From Candidatus Woesearchaeota archaeon (lineage in GTDB: Archaea > Nanobdellota > Nanobdellia > Pacearchaeales > GW2011-AR1), in contig CAZRJP010000004.1 in assembly GCA_964600865.1 (NCBI GenBank), positions 1-38,309 on the forward strand: DNA of 38,309 nucleotides. The letters are read 5' to 3'. The notes under the pieces were generated by a model that worked only from the letters and a program-made list of their open reading frames with translations, had not been told where the DNA came from and ran no database searches. Both the position numbers and the translations under genes were made by a program. This document shows positions 17,549 through 25,752 of this stretch, piece by piece; position 1 is the stretch's first letter; every line of letters starts with the position of its first letter.

Positions 17549-19591
17549 TTATTTTTTAGAGTTTTCTTGTTTAGCTTGGTCTTTTTTTAATTTTTTAACA
17601 AAATTATTTATGAATTTTTTATTTTCCTTACTTCTATATCTTACTTTTTTTATTGAATACATTGTTGTTTTTCCTACTTCATGTTTTTTTCCTGTTATAT
17701 GTGTTCTAACTTTTTCATATATATTTTTGCCAAGTAATACTTTTCCTTTAGAATGTTGAGCTATTTTTTTAGCAGTAGTAATTAATGTTCCCATGCTCAT
17801 AAATTGAAGTATGTTCTTCTTGTGTTTTGCAACTATTGTCCCGTAATTTACTGAGATTCCAAAATGGATTTTTAATTTTGCTAGTTTATTATATTTCTCT
17901 AATAGTTCAGATATTTCTTGAGCAGTTGTAATGGCTTTTTTCTGATTTTTGAATGTTTTTGTCTTTGCTGGAGCAAATATTAAGAACATATTTTCTTTGT
18001 TTTCATAAATAGATGCCTTTTCATTTTCTGCTATCTCTTCTACTTTTTGTAAGACTTCTTTTGTTATTTTTATATTCTTTTTATTTTTAATTAGTTTTTT
18101 ATGGTTTTTTAATCTTAGACATACAACACTTGCATTTTGTTTATGTCCTTTTATTGATAATGAAAGTAATGCTCTGTGTGGAGTAGTTATTAGAGAACTT
18201 GAAGGTATGGCTTTTTTATCTGATATAGATTTTCTTTTGTTTTTTCTATGAATCATTCTTCCAAAGAAGGTTTTTTTGTAACCTTTTCTATAAATAGTAA
18301 ATGCAACAAAACCTAAAATTATTACTACAAATAACCAAACAATTGAGCTTTGTATGTTGAATAATGAGCTTTCTTTTACTGATATTGCTCTTCCAGTTAA
18401 TACTACTTTCTTTTTTATTGCATTATTATCTCCTGAAATTATCTCTACTTGGTATTCTCCATCTGGAGCAGTTAAAGAGTATTTTTGTTTTTTTCCTATT
18501 GGAATTAATGCATCAAGAGGTATAGACTCATTTCCTAATTTTATTAAAACAGTATCATTGTAAGGGACATTTCCAGTATTAGTTAAAATAACTGTCCCAT
18601 TAATTAATTCAATTGAAACATTTTCATTTTCAAGAATCTTAAAATTAGCTTCATTTTCAATATCATTTGATTTTGCAACAATGTTCCATTCTGCTGCAGG
18701 TTCTTTATAATCAATTGGATATTCTAAGAATTTGTCTGTAGATATTTCTTTTTGCTCAAGAAGTTCTTCTTTTTCATTGTAGATTTTTACTATTGAGGTT
18801 GAATCTATTTTTTCTCCTGTTTGGTCATGAAGGATTGTTTTTACTTTTAATGTTTCTCCTGAAAGGATTTCTTTTTTATCAAAGTTAATTTCTAAATTAG
18901 TTGGAACTTGGCCTATTTTTATATTAAAGTCTGAATAACCTTTATTTGTCCTATTATCTGTTCTATCTTTCTCATAAACATCTATTCCCACAAGATACTG
19001 TCCTGATTTTGTATCTTTAGGTAAAGAAAAATTTAGGAAAAAATAACCATTATTAACAGTATCAGTTATTTTCATAACTTCTGATAAATTCCCTTTGTAT
19101 ACAGTAATATCTACATAACCTTCAGAGTTTTCTCCATTTTCTTTTACTGCTGTTCCTTCTATTGTTATACTCTGTTCAGGAAGATACTCTTTTTTTTCAA
19201 TTTCTGGTTCAACAATAATTTTATCTGATATTTTAAATTCTTTTGTAAGTTTATATTCGTCATTTAGAATGGATTTTATTACACATTTTCCTGTAGTTCT
19301 TCCAATAAAACTTGTTTTAAGAGGAATAGTTGTTGTTATGTCTTGTTCTTCTCCAGGAAGTAAATAGATATATTGTTTGTGGATTTCATTTTCATTTCCA
19401 TTACATATTAATTGAACAGTAAAAAAATCATTTATTTCATCTGCTGCAGTTATTTTTATTGGGGTTTTTATTACTTCTCCTAAATTATATAATTTTTCTG
19501 GCTGTTGATTGATAATTATACTTGAAGAAACTATAGGAATCAAGATTATAGAAAGACATAGAATAGATAGGTATAAACTTGCTCTTTTCAT
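17549..19591 (-). CDS. Single-pass membrane protein: extracellular Ig-like or beta-sandwich region, TM, cytoplasmic degenerate class-III cyclase-like domain
   Basis: The preferred start is MKRASLYLSILCLSIILIPIVSS (signal-like) at 19591, not 19705. TM is SIVWLFVVIILGFVAFTIY. C-terminal ASVVCLRL...MFLIFAPA...KIHFGISVNYGTIVAK...FMSMGTLITTAKKIAQHSKGKVLLGKNIYEKV follows the cyclase-homology-domain pattern but lacks the metal-binding Asp residues. Confidence 0.65.
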   Translation of the reverse strand: MKRASLYLSILCLSIILIPIVSSSIIINQQPEKLYNLGEVIKTPIKITAADEINDFFTVQLICNGNENEIHKQYIYLLPGEEQDITTTIPLKTSFIGRTTGKCVIKSILNDEYKLTKEFKISDKIIVEPEIEKKEYLPEQSITIEGTAVKENGENSEGYVDITVYKGNLSEVMKITDTVNNGYFFLNFSLPKDTKSGQYLVGIDVYEKDRTDNRTNKGYSDFNIKIGQVPTNLEINFDKKEILSGETLKVKTILHDQTGEKIDSTSIVKIYNEKEELLEQKEISTDKFLEYPIDYKEPAAEWNIVAKSNDIENEANFKILENENVSIELINGTVILTNTGNVPYNDTVLIKLGNESIPLDALIPIGKKQKYSLTAPDGEYQVEIISGDNNAIKKKVVLTGRAISVKESSLFNIQSSIVWLFVVIILGFVAFTIYRKGYKKTFFGRMIHRKNKRKSISDKKAIPSSSLITTPHRALLSLSIKGHKQNASVVCLRLKNHKKLIKNKKNIKITKEVLQKVEEIAENEKASIYENKENMFLIFAPAKTKTFKNQKKAITTAQEISELLEKYNKLAKLKIHFGISVNYGTIVAKHKKNILQFMSMGTLITTAKKIAQHSKGKVLLGKNIYEKVRTHITGKKHEVGKTTMYSIKKVRYRSKENKKFINNFVKKLKKDQAKQENSKK

Positions 19592-19714
19592 AGTATATTT
19601 TAGGATTTTATATTTATAAATATTTGGTGGATTGTTAATAGTTGTAAAAATGGCATTTAATGGCTTTTTTGTTGAGATTGTAAGGTTTAAAAATATAGTT
19701 TTCATTTATTATTT
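19592..19714. promoter_or_regulatory. Divergent promoter region (receptor gene / trpS)
   Basis: TTTATAAATAT lies about 25 nt upstream of the minus-strand ATG. TTTAAAAATATA lies about 20-25 nt upstream of the trpS ATG. This is the archaeal TATA-box and short-leader pattern. Confidence 0.4.
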
Positions 19715-20839
19715 ATGGTTGGAAAGAAAAAAAAGTTTAATCCATGGGATGTTGAAGGAGATATTGATTACAATAGACTTGTTAAGGAATTTGGAATAAA
19801 ACCCATAAAAGAACTTCCAAAGGTTTTTAGAGAAAATGTTTTATTTAGAAGAAAGATAATTTTTGCACATAGAGATATTCAAAGAATTTTACTTGCTGTT
19901 AAAAATAAAAAACCATTTGTTTTAATGACTGGTTTAATGCCTACTGGGAAATTTCATATTGGGCATATGATTTTAGCACAGCAGTTTATTTTCTGGCAGA
20001 ATCTTGGAGCTAAGATTTATATTGCTGTTGCAGATATTGAAGCATATCATGCTCGTGGCCAAAGTTTAGAAGAGAGTAGAAAAATAGCCATGAATCAGTA
20101 TATTACTAATTATATTGCCTTAGGTTTGAAACCCAAAAATATTGAGATTTATTTTCAGAGTGATAGGAGTGATAATGCAAAAAAATCTAATGCGTATTAT
20201 AGATTACAGGATTTATTTGCTAAATGTTCCACTTTTAATGAATTTAAGGGTGTTTATGGGGAAATAACTCCAGGAAAAATGATTTCTGCTTTATTACAGG
20301 CATCAGATATGTATCATCCTCAGATTCCAGAATTTGAAGGAAAGAAAATACCTACTTTTATTCCAGTAGGAATAGACCAAGATCCACATATAAGAATAGC
20401 AAGAGATATGGCTAAAAGGTTAAGGGACTTTGATTTTATGCCTATTTCATCAACATATCATTTATTTGCTCCTGGGCTTAATGGAGGAAAAATGTCTGCT
20501 TCAAAACCAAATTCTTATATTGCCTTGACTGACACCCCAAAACAAGTTGAAAAAAAGATTAAGAAGTATGCTTTTTCAGGAGGACAGGATACTATTGAGG
20601 AACATAGAAAAAAAGGTGGTAACCCAGATATTGATATTAGTTTTCAGTATTTGAAAATGTTTTTTGAGCCAGATGATGACAAATTAAAGCAAATTAAAGA
20701 AGATTACAAAAGTGGTAAATTGCTTACAAGTGAATTAAAAGATTATTTGATTGAGAAAGTGAATGCTTTTTTGAAAGAACATCAGAAAAAAAGAGAAAAA
20801 GCTAAGAAGAATGTTGATAAATTTGTGCATAAAAATTAA
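19715..20839 (+). CDS. trpS: Tryptophanyl-tRNA synthetase, archaeal/eukaryotic type
   Basis: HIGH-type motif GKFHIGHM, KMSAS loop (KMSASKP), and AFSGGQDTIEEHRKKGGNPDIDISFQYLKMFF, which is characteristic of archaeal TrpRS. Confidence 0.9.
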   Translation: MVGKKKKFNPWDVEGDIDYNRLVKEFGIKPIKELPKVFRENVLFRRKIIFAHRDIQRILLAVKNKKPFVLMTGLMPTGKFHIGHMILAQQFIFWQNLGAKIYIAVADIEAYHARGQSLEESRKIAMNQYITNYIALGLKPKNIEIYFQSDRSDNAKKSNAYYRLQDLFAKCSTFNEFKGVYGEITPGKMISALLQASDMYHPQIPEFEGKKIPTFIPVGIDQDPHIRIARDMAKRLRDFDFMPISSTYHLFAPGLNGGKMSASKPNSYIALTDTPKQVEKKIKKYAFSGGQDTIEEHRKKGGNPDIDISFQYLKMFFEPDDDKLKQIKEDYKSGKLLTSELKDYLIEKVNAFLKEHQKKREKAKKNVDKFVHKN

Positions 20840-20898
20840 TTCATTCTTGTTGTAGAATTATGGTATTTTAGGCATAGAATTCTTTAAAGATTTTTTAA

Positions 20899-21279
20899 TT
20901 AAATTATTTTTGCTTCTTTGAGGTTTTTGAAATGGTTGTCGCAAGTTAGAATTTTTGCAGAAATGGATTTTGCAGAAGCCATAATGAATGTATCTGCTAA
21001 ACTTATTGATTTTATTTTTTCTTTTAATTGTGCGTGTAATAATCCTGCTTCCTTTGCTATTTCAGGAGTTATTTCAAGGATATTTACATTTGAAGTAAGA
21101 ATATTATAAGCTATTTTTACATTTTTATTTCTTCTTTTTACTTTACTGATGACTTCTCCAATATTTACAGAAAGAGTGTATATTTTATTATTGCTTTTTA
21201 ATAATTTATTGACTTTTTCACCTGTTTCACTTCCTTCAAGATATTCTATCCAAGCAGAAGAATCAATTAGATATTTCAT
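20899..21279 (-). CDS. vapC: PIN-domain ribonuclease toxin VapC
   Basis: MKYLIDSSAWIEYL (first acidic residue), ...SLADTFIMASA..., ...ILTCDNHF. 126 aa. It starts 1 nt after the upstream antitoxin stop. Confidence 0.85.
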   Translation of the reverse strand: MKYLIDSSAWIEYLEGSETGEKVNKLLKSNNKIYTLSVNIGEVISKVKRRNKNVKIAYNILTSNVNILEITPEIAKEAGLLHAQLKEKIKSISLADTFIMASAKSISAKILTCDNHFKNLKEAKII

Positions 21280-21280
21280 T

Positions 21281-21481
21281 TTAGTTTCTATCTCTCATTC
21301 TATCTTTTTTAGTGAATTTGCCTACACCTTTTAGAATCCCAAATCCTTCTATCTTTTTTTTCTTTACTTGTATTTCAACAATTTCTTCTTCTCTAAGTTG
21401 CTCTAATTCAACAATTTCTTTTGGAATAGTCACTACTAAAGAACCCCCTACTTTCCTGGTTGTCGCAAGTGTTTGTGTCAT
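21281..21481 (-). CDS. vapB: AbrB/SpoVT-type antitoxin VapB
   Basis: RKVGGSLVVTIPKEIVELEQLREEEIVEIQV is a swapped-hairpin AbrB signature. 66 aa. Tightly coupled to vapC. Confidence 0.8.
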   Translation of the reverse strand: MTQTLATTRKVGGSLVVTIPKEIVELEQLREEEIVEIQVKKKKIEGFGILKGVGKFTKKDRMRDRN

Positions 21482-21601
21482 TATATTATTATATATTTAG
21501 TTATACTTTATCATATTTAGTATTATATATAAATATTTTGGTTTTATTGAATTACTTCTTCAACTAACAATATTTTTAAATGAGGTTATTTTATATGTTT
21601 T

Positions 21602-23317
21602 ATGAAGATTTTAACATTACATACAGATTACATTAAGTTTAAACCATTGAAAAAGGCATTAAAGAAAATAAAGGAACTTTCAAAAAAAGATAAGAAAGAG
21701 CAACATGTAAAAGATGCTTTAGTAGTTATGACTGCTGTTGAAAAGATTGATGAAGATGTTAAGAAAGTTGTTTCTAAATTGATTTCTGAGGTTAAAGATA
21801 TTGCTTCTCAAGTAAAAACAAAGAATATTGTTTTATATCCTTATGCTCATTTGTCAAGTAATTTAGCTAAACCTAATATTGCAGAAAAAGTTTTGAAAAA
21901 AGCAGAAGAAGGATTGAAAAAAACATTTAATGTTGCAAGAGCACCTTTTGGATATTATAAGGAATTTGAATTAAAGGTTAAAGGACATCCTTTATCTGAA
22001 TTAAGTAGAGAGATTGTTTTAAAGGGAGATGGTAAAAGCATTAAAGAGGGAGAAGAGTATGATTCTAAACAATTATTAAATGAAATCTCTAAATCTAAGT
22101 TAGATACATCTAAGTTAAAAGGTAATGACCATAGAATTATTGGAAAGCAAATGGATTTGTTTAGTTTTAATGATGTTGCTCCAGGAATGGTTTTTTGGCA
22201 TAATAATGGCCTTGTATTATATAATGAATTAGTTAAATTTATGAGAGAACTTTTACAAAAAAATGATTATGAAGAGATTAAAACCCCACAGATATTAGAT
22301 AAAAGACTTTGGCAAATTTCAGGTCATTGGGAAAAGTATAATGAGAATATTTTTTTAACAAAATATGATGAAAGAGATTTTGCAGTTAAACCAATGAATT
22401 GTCCTGGAGGAATGTTGGTTTATAAGAATGGTTCTAAGAGTTATAGAGATTTGCCTTTGAGAACAGGAGAATTTGGTGTTGTTCATAGGCAGGAATTATC
22501 TGGAGTTTTGGGAGGATTGTTTAGAGTAATACAATTTACACAGGATGATGCACATGTATTTTGTACTGAAAAACAAGTAGAACAAGAGATTGAAAAAATA
22601 ATGGATTTAATGTCTTATGTTTATGATAAACTTGGATTGAAATTAGATCATGTTGAACTTTCTACAAGGCCTAAGAAAAGAATAGGAGATGATAAAATAT
22701 GGGATTTATCTGAGAATACTTTAAAGAAAGTTTTAGAGAAAAAGAAAATTAAGTTTAAGATTAATAAAGGAGATGGAGCTTTTTATGGTCCTAAGATTGA
22801 TTATCATCTTAAAGACTCATTAAAGAGGACATGGCAATTAGGGACTATACAACTTGATTTTGCAATGCCTGAGAGATTTGATTTAGAATATACCACTAAA
22901 GATAATAAAAAGAAAAGACCAATTATGTTACATAGAGTTATTTATGGTTCTTTAGAGAGGTTTATTGGAATATTAATTGAACATACTAATGGAAGATTTC
23001 CTACATGGTTATCTCCAATCCAAGTAAGGGTTTTGAATTTTACTGATAGAAATACTAAGACAGCTAAAGATGTTTTAGAGAAGATTAAAAAAGAGATGCC
23101 TAATGTAAGGATTGATTCTGATTTTTCAAGTAGTACTATGGGTGCAAAAGTAAAGTCAGCAGAAATTATGAGGGTACCATATATTTTAACAATAGGAGAT
23201 AAAGAGGAAAAAGCAGGAACAATTGCTGTTAGAGAAAAAGGAAGCAGTAAAATTAGTTCAATGAGTGTTGATGATTTTATTTCTAAGTTAAAAACAGAGA
23301 TTGAAGAGAAAAAATAG
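21602..23317 (+). CDS. thrS: Threonyl-tRNA synthetase with archaeal N-terminal editing domain
   Basis: N-terminal ~140 aa archaeal editing domain (MKILTLHTDYIKFKP...). Class II core motifs DHRIIGKQMDLF, VKPMNCPGGMLVY, FRVIQFTQDDAHVFC and GAFYGPKID. C-terminal anticodon-binding domain. Confidence 0.92.
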   Translation: MKILTLHTDYIKFKPLKKALKKIKELSKKDKKEQHVKDALVVMTAVEKIDEDVKKVVSKLISEVKDIASQVKTKNIVLYPYAHLSSNLAKPNIAEKVLKKAEEGLKKTFNVARAPFGYYKEFELKVKGHPLSELSREIVLKGDGKSIKEGEEYDSKQLLNEISKSKLDTSKLKGNDHRIIGKQMDLFSFNDVAPGMVFWHNNGLVLYNELVKFMRELLQKNDYEEIKTPQILDKRLWQISGHWEKYNENIFLTKYDERDFAVKPMNCPGGMLVYKNGSKSYRDLPLRTGEFGVVHRQELSGVLGGLFRVIQFTQDDAHVFCTEKQVEQEIEKIMDLMSYVYDKLGLKLDHVELSTRPKKRIGDDKIWDLSENTLKKVLEKKKIKFKINKGDGAFYGPKIDYHLKDSLKRTWQLGTIQLDFAMPERFDLEYTTKDNKKKRPIMLHRVIYGSLERFIGILIEHTNGRFPTWLSPIQVRVLNFTDRNTKTAKDVLEKIKKEMPNVRIDSDFSSSTMGAKVKSAEIMRVPYILTIGDKEEKAGTIAVREKGSSKISSMSVDDFISKLKTEIEEKK

Positions 23318-23365
23318 AATTTTATAAATAATAATTCTTATAAAGTCCTTTAATGTATTTTTGAT

Positions 23366-23887
23366 ATGAACTTTAAATTTTATGTAGAAAAGCTTAATGA
23401 TTCAGAAGAATACAAAAAATTCCTTAAAGAAAATAAAGGGGCTTTTCCAGTATCTGCTTTTTTTATAATAGATAAAAAGAGTGGTGACAATAAGCAACAT
23501 TTTGATTATTTTATTCCTTCTCAAGAAAAAATGTTTAGTTTTAAGTTAGAAGACGAGTGTAAAAAGGTTCCAGTTGAGGTTGCAGATAAATCAAAATTAA
23601 AAAAAGAGAACGAAATTTCCTTGGATAGATTTGATTTTGATTTTGGTAAAATAGAAAAGATGATTGAAGCAGAGATGTTTGATAAAAAAATTAAAAAAGA
23701 TATTCATAAATTGTTATTATCTATACAGAATAAGGATGAAAAACAATTTATTTTGGCAACAGTGTTTATTTCCAATATGGGGCTTTTGAAAGTAACAATA
23801 GATTTAGAGAATATGAAGATACTAGATTTTGAGAAAAAGAGTTTATTAGATATGTTTAAGATTAAGAAAAATAAAAAAAGTAAGTAA
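23366..23887 (+). CDS. Hypothetical protein
   Basis: Clean 173-aa ORF with no motif I recognise. Confidence 0.55.
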   Translation: MNFKFYVEKLNDSEEYKKFLKENKGAFPVSAFFIIDKKSGDNKQHFDYFIPSQEKMFSFKLEDECKKVPVEVADKSKLKKENEISLDRFDFDFGKIEKMIEAEMFDKKIKKDIHKLLLSIQNKDEKQFILATVFISNMGLLKVTIDLENMKILDFEKKSLLDMFKIKKNKKSK

Positions 23888-23899
23888 TTTTAGTTTTTG
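23887..23899 (+). repeat. Cassette-boundary core, copy 0 (ATTTTAGTTTTTG)
   Basis: Begins at the last base of the stop codon of 23366..23887 (TAA 23885-23887). Identical 13-mer at 24487-24499. Confidence 0.75.
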
Positions 23900-23961
23900 A
23901 AGATAGGAGTATTTATATAGCTAATTATATATCAGTATATAACTAATATATAATAAATAAA

Positions 23962-24189
23962 ATGGCAAAAGAATCAACAATTTTGATAAAAAAAGAATTA
24001 ATTGAAAAATTAAAAAGTGCAAAAGATTATCCTAGAGAGACATATAATGATGTTCTTGAAAAGATGATAAAACTATATCTTTCTACAAAAAAGAAAAATC
24101 AATATGACGAATTTTTGCATAAAGTTCAACAGCCAAAAATGAAAGAGTTATGGGATAATAAAGAAGATGAGGCGTGGGAAAATGCATGA
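23962..24189 (+). CDS. Antitoxin of the archaeal small VapB-like/RHH-like family (L..LK...ETYNDV motif)
   Basis: ILIKKELIEKLKSAKDYPRETYNDVLEKMIKLY. Paralogous N-terminal modules occur in 24793..25050 and 31201..31431. Overlaps the downstream toxin (ATGCATGA). Confidence 0.7.
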   Translation: MAKESTILIKKELIEKLKSAKDYPRETYNDVLEKMIKLYLSTKKKNQYDEFLHKVQQPKMKELWDNKEDEAWENA

Positions 24190-24484
24190 TTTTGGAGATG
24201 TAATCTTGGCTGAAGTTCAATTTACAGATACTTTTGAAATAAAAACCAGACCGGCTCTTGTTTTATTTGAGGAGCAAGGAAATGTGGTTGTTGTTGGAAT
24301 AACAAGTAATCTTAATATGAAAGGAGTGCAATTAACTAAAAAAGAAGGGGCAGTAAAAGAGAGTGTAATAAAACTTAATTATATTTTTACTATTTCTGAT
24401 AAAATGATCAAGAAAAATTTGTTTAAACTTTCTAAAAAGAAAAAGAAAATTGTTAAAAAAGAGTTATTGGATAAGATTAAATAA
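24182..24484 (+). CDS. PemK/MazF-like toxin (divergent)
   Basis: FGDVILAEVQFTDTFEIKTRPALVLFEEQGNVVVVGITSN fits the PemK pattern (gdi..v.f......k.RPalVl........v..iTs). ATG at 24182 is preferred; the ORF track starts at 24167. Confidence 0.7.
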   Translation: MHDFGDVILAEVQFTDTFEIKTRPALVLFEEQGNVVVVGITSNLNMKGVQLTKKEGAVKESVIKLNYIFTISDKMIKKNLFKLSKKKKKIVKKELLDKIK

Positions 24485-24486
24485 TT

Positions 24487-24540
24487 ATTTTAGTTTTTGG
24501 ACAATAAAATTAATCATTAATTTTGAGTTGTGTTTTTGAG
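24487..24540 (+). repeat. Cassette-boundary core copy 1 plus a pseudo-copy of the methyltransferase 3' end
   Basis: ATTTTAGTTTTTGG followed by ACAATAAAATTAATCATTAATTTTGAGTTGTGTTTTTGAG. Compare 25073-25132, TATTTAAGTTTTTGG TTTCTTAATAATAAAATTAATCATTAATTCTGAGTTGTGTTTTGA. Confidence 0.8.
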
Positions 24541-24541
24541 G

Positions 24542-24796
24542 TTATTTATAGATATTTCTTCTAGGTCCTATATCTAATATTTGGATGATTAATTTAGATT
24601 GAATTATATTATATAGTACTCTATATTTTCCAATTCTTAATTTCCATAATCCTTTTAAGTTTCCTATAAGTGGGCATCCTAATTTAGGGTTGTTTTTTAG
24701 TTTAGTTATTTTTTTTAAAATTCTTTTTTGTTTTTGTTTGTCTAATTTTTTTAGAAATCTTTTAGCTGGTTTTTTAAAAATAATTTCATATTTCAT
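24542..24796 (-). CDS. relE: RelE/ParE-family toxin
   Basis: ...KKITKLKNNPKLGCPLIGNLKGLWKLRIGKYRVLYNIIQSKLIIQILDIGPRRNIYK is a classic RelE/StbE pattern. 4-nt overlap with the upstream antitoxin. Confidence 0.85.
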   Translation of the reverse strand: MKYEIIFKKPAKRFLKKLDKQKQKRILKKITKLKNNPKLGCPLIGNLKGLWKLRIGKYRVLYNIIQSKLIIQILDIGPRRNIYK

Positions 24797-25050
24797 AGAT
24801 TTAACTCTTTTTTCACTTCTTCAAGGCTTGTTCCTCCTTTTTCTTGAAGTGATTGTTTTAAATCCCTCATTGATTTAGGATCAGATAGAACTTCTATTGT
24901 TGCAATTAAACTTTCTCTATTTGCATTTTGAGGAGAAATATCAGATATCAATCTTTTTATTATATCATTGTACGTTTCCCTATGATGTATTTTTAATGAA
25001 TCTAATTTTGCTTTTGTTTTATTGTCTAATTGAATTGTTGTTATAGCCAT
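24793..25050 (-). CDS. Antitoxin for RelE (same N-terminal module family as 23962..24189)
   Basis: TTIQLDNKTKAKLDSLKIHHRETYNDIIKRLISD plus the RelB-like tail ...LSDPKSMRDLKQSLQEKGGTSLEEVKKEL. Confidence 0.75.
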   Translation of the reverse strand: MAITTIQLDNKTKAKLDSLKIHHRETYNDIIKRLISDISPQNANRESLIATIEVLSDPKSMRDLKQSLQEKGGTSLEEVKKELNL

Positions 25051-25072
25051 AGTTAACTATAGAATGCCATAG

Positions 25073-25132
25073 TATTTAAGTTTTTGGTTTCTTAATAATA
25101 AAATTAATCATTAATTCTGAGTTGTGTTTTGA
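25073..25132 (+). repeat. Cassette-boundary core copy 2 plus the genuine methyltransferase 3' end
   Basis: TATTTAAGTTTTTGG overlaps the stop codon (25076-25078) of the methyltransferase gene. Confidence 0.8.
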
Positions 25133-25690
25133 TGCAATTTTAAAACCTGTATCTTTGAATAATTTATGTATTTCTTTTTCAGTAAAGAGATAATAGTATC
25201 TTTTTCCTTTGTCTGTCCATCCAATATATCTTTCTTGAGATTCATATTTTTTGAATCTTTTTGAGTCTTTGTTCCATACACCAATAAGTGCCTTTGCTCC
25301 TGGTTTTAAAACTCTATAAAATTCCTCTATTATTTTTTTATGTTCTCTTGGTGGAGTACAATGTATTGAAGATATTGAAATTCCTGCATCAAAAAAATTA
25401 TCTTTAAAGGGTAAATTAGAAATTCTTCCAACATAAAATTCTGCATCAATATTTTTTTCTTTAGCTTTTTTCTTTGCCAGTTTTAACATTTTTTTACTAA
25501 AATCAATAAGATATATTTTTCCATCTTTTATCTTGGTTAAATGTCTACCACTACCAGACCCTAAATCAATAACATCCCCTTTTTGATTTTTTAAGAATTT
25601 TTTTGAGAGTTTTGAAGGTATTTTTTTATATTCGTGCCATTCAGGGGCTATTTTATCCCATACTTCTTGTTGTGATTGTATTCTTTCCAT
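25076..25690 (-). CDS. Class I SAM-dependent methyltransferase, Trm9/ALKBH8-methyltransferase-like
   Basis: Motif I VIDLGSGSGRH. GISISSIHCTPPREHKKIIEEFYRVLKPGAKALIGVWNKDSK parallels the Trm9/ALKBH8 block ISIAVIHH....RR......E..R.L.PGGKALIYVWA. Confidence 0.7.
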   Translation of the reverse strand: MERIQSQQEVWDKIAPEWHEYKKIPSKLSKKFLKNQKGDVIDLGSGSGRHLTKIKDGKIYLIDFSKKMLKLAKKKAKEKNIDAEFYVGRISNLPFKDNFFDAGISISSIHCTPPREHKKIIEEFYRVLKPGAKALIGVWNKDSKRFKKYESQERYIGWTDKGKRYYYLFTEKEIHKLFKDTGFKIASKHNSELMINFIIKKPKT

Positions 25691-25752
25691 TTTTTCCCTA
25701 CATATTAATAAAAGTTTGTTAAACTTAAAAAGCCTGGGATTATAGATAATAC

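Larger units (their letters stand above)
24487..25072. mobile_element. Candidate integrated relE/antitoxin cassette flanked by ~55-bp direct repeats
   Basis: Direct repeats at 24487-24540 and 25073-25132. The right repeat is the functional 3' end of the methyltransferase gene. Confidence 0.45.

Noticed and set aside
17549-19705. Full-length 718-aa version of the receptor ORF starting at 19705
   Set aside because: The first 38 codons lack signal or TM character and would consume the divergent trpS promoter region. ATG at 19591 gives a typical signal-like N-terminus with a TATA-like box ~25 nt upstream.
20864-21530. TATTTTAG-like motifs flanking the vapBC module as further copies of the cassette core
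   Set aside because: Only 7-8 nt match. In this AT-rich sequence such matches are expected several times by chance, and they resemble TATA boxes.
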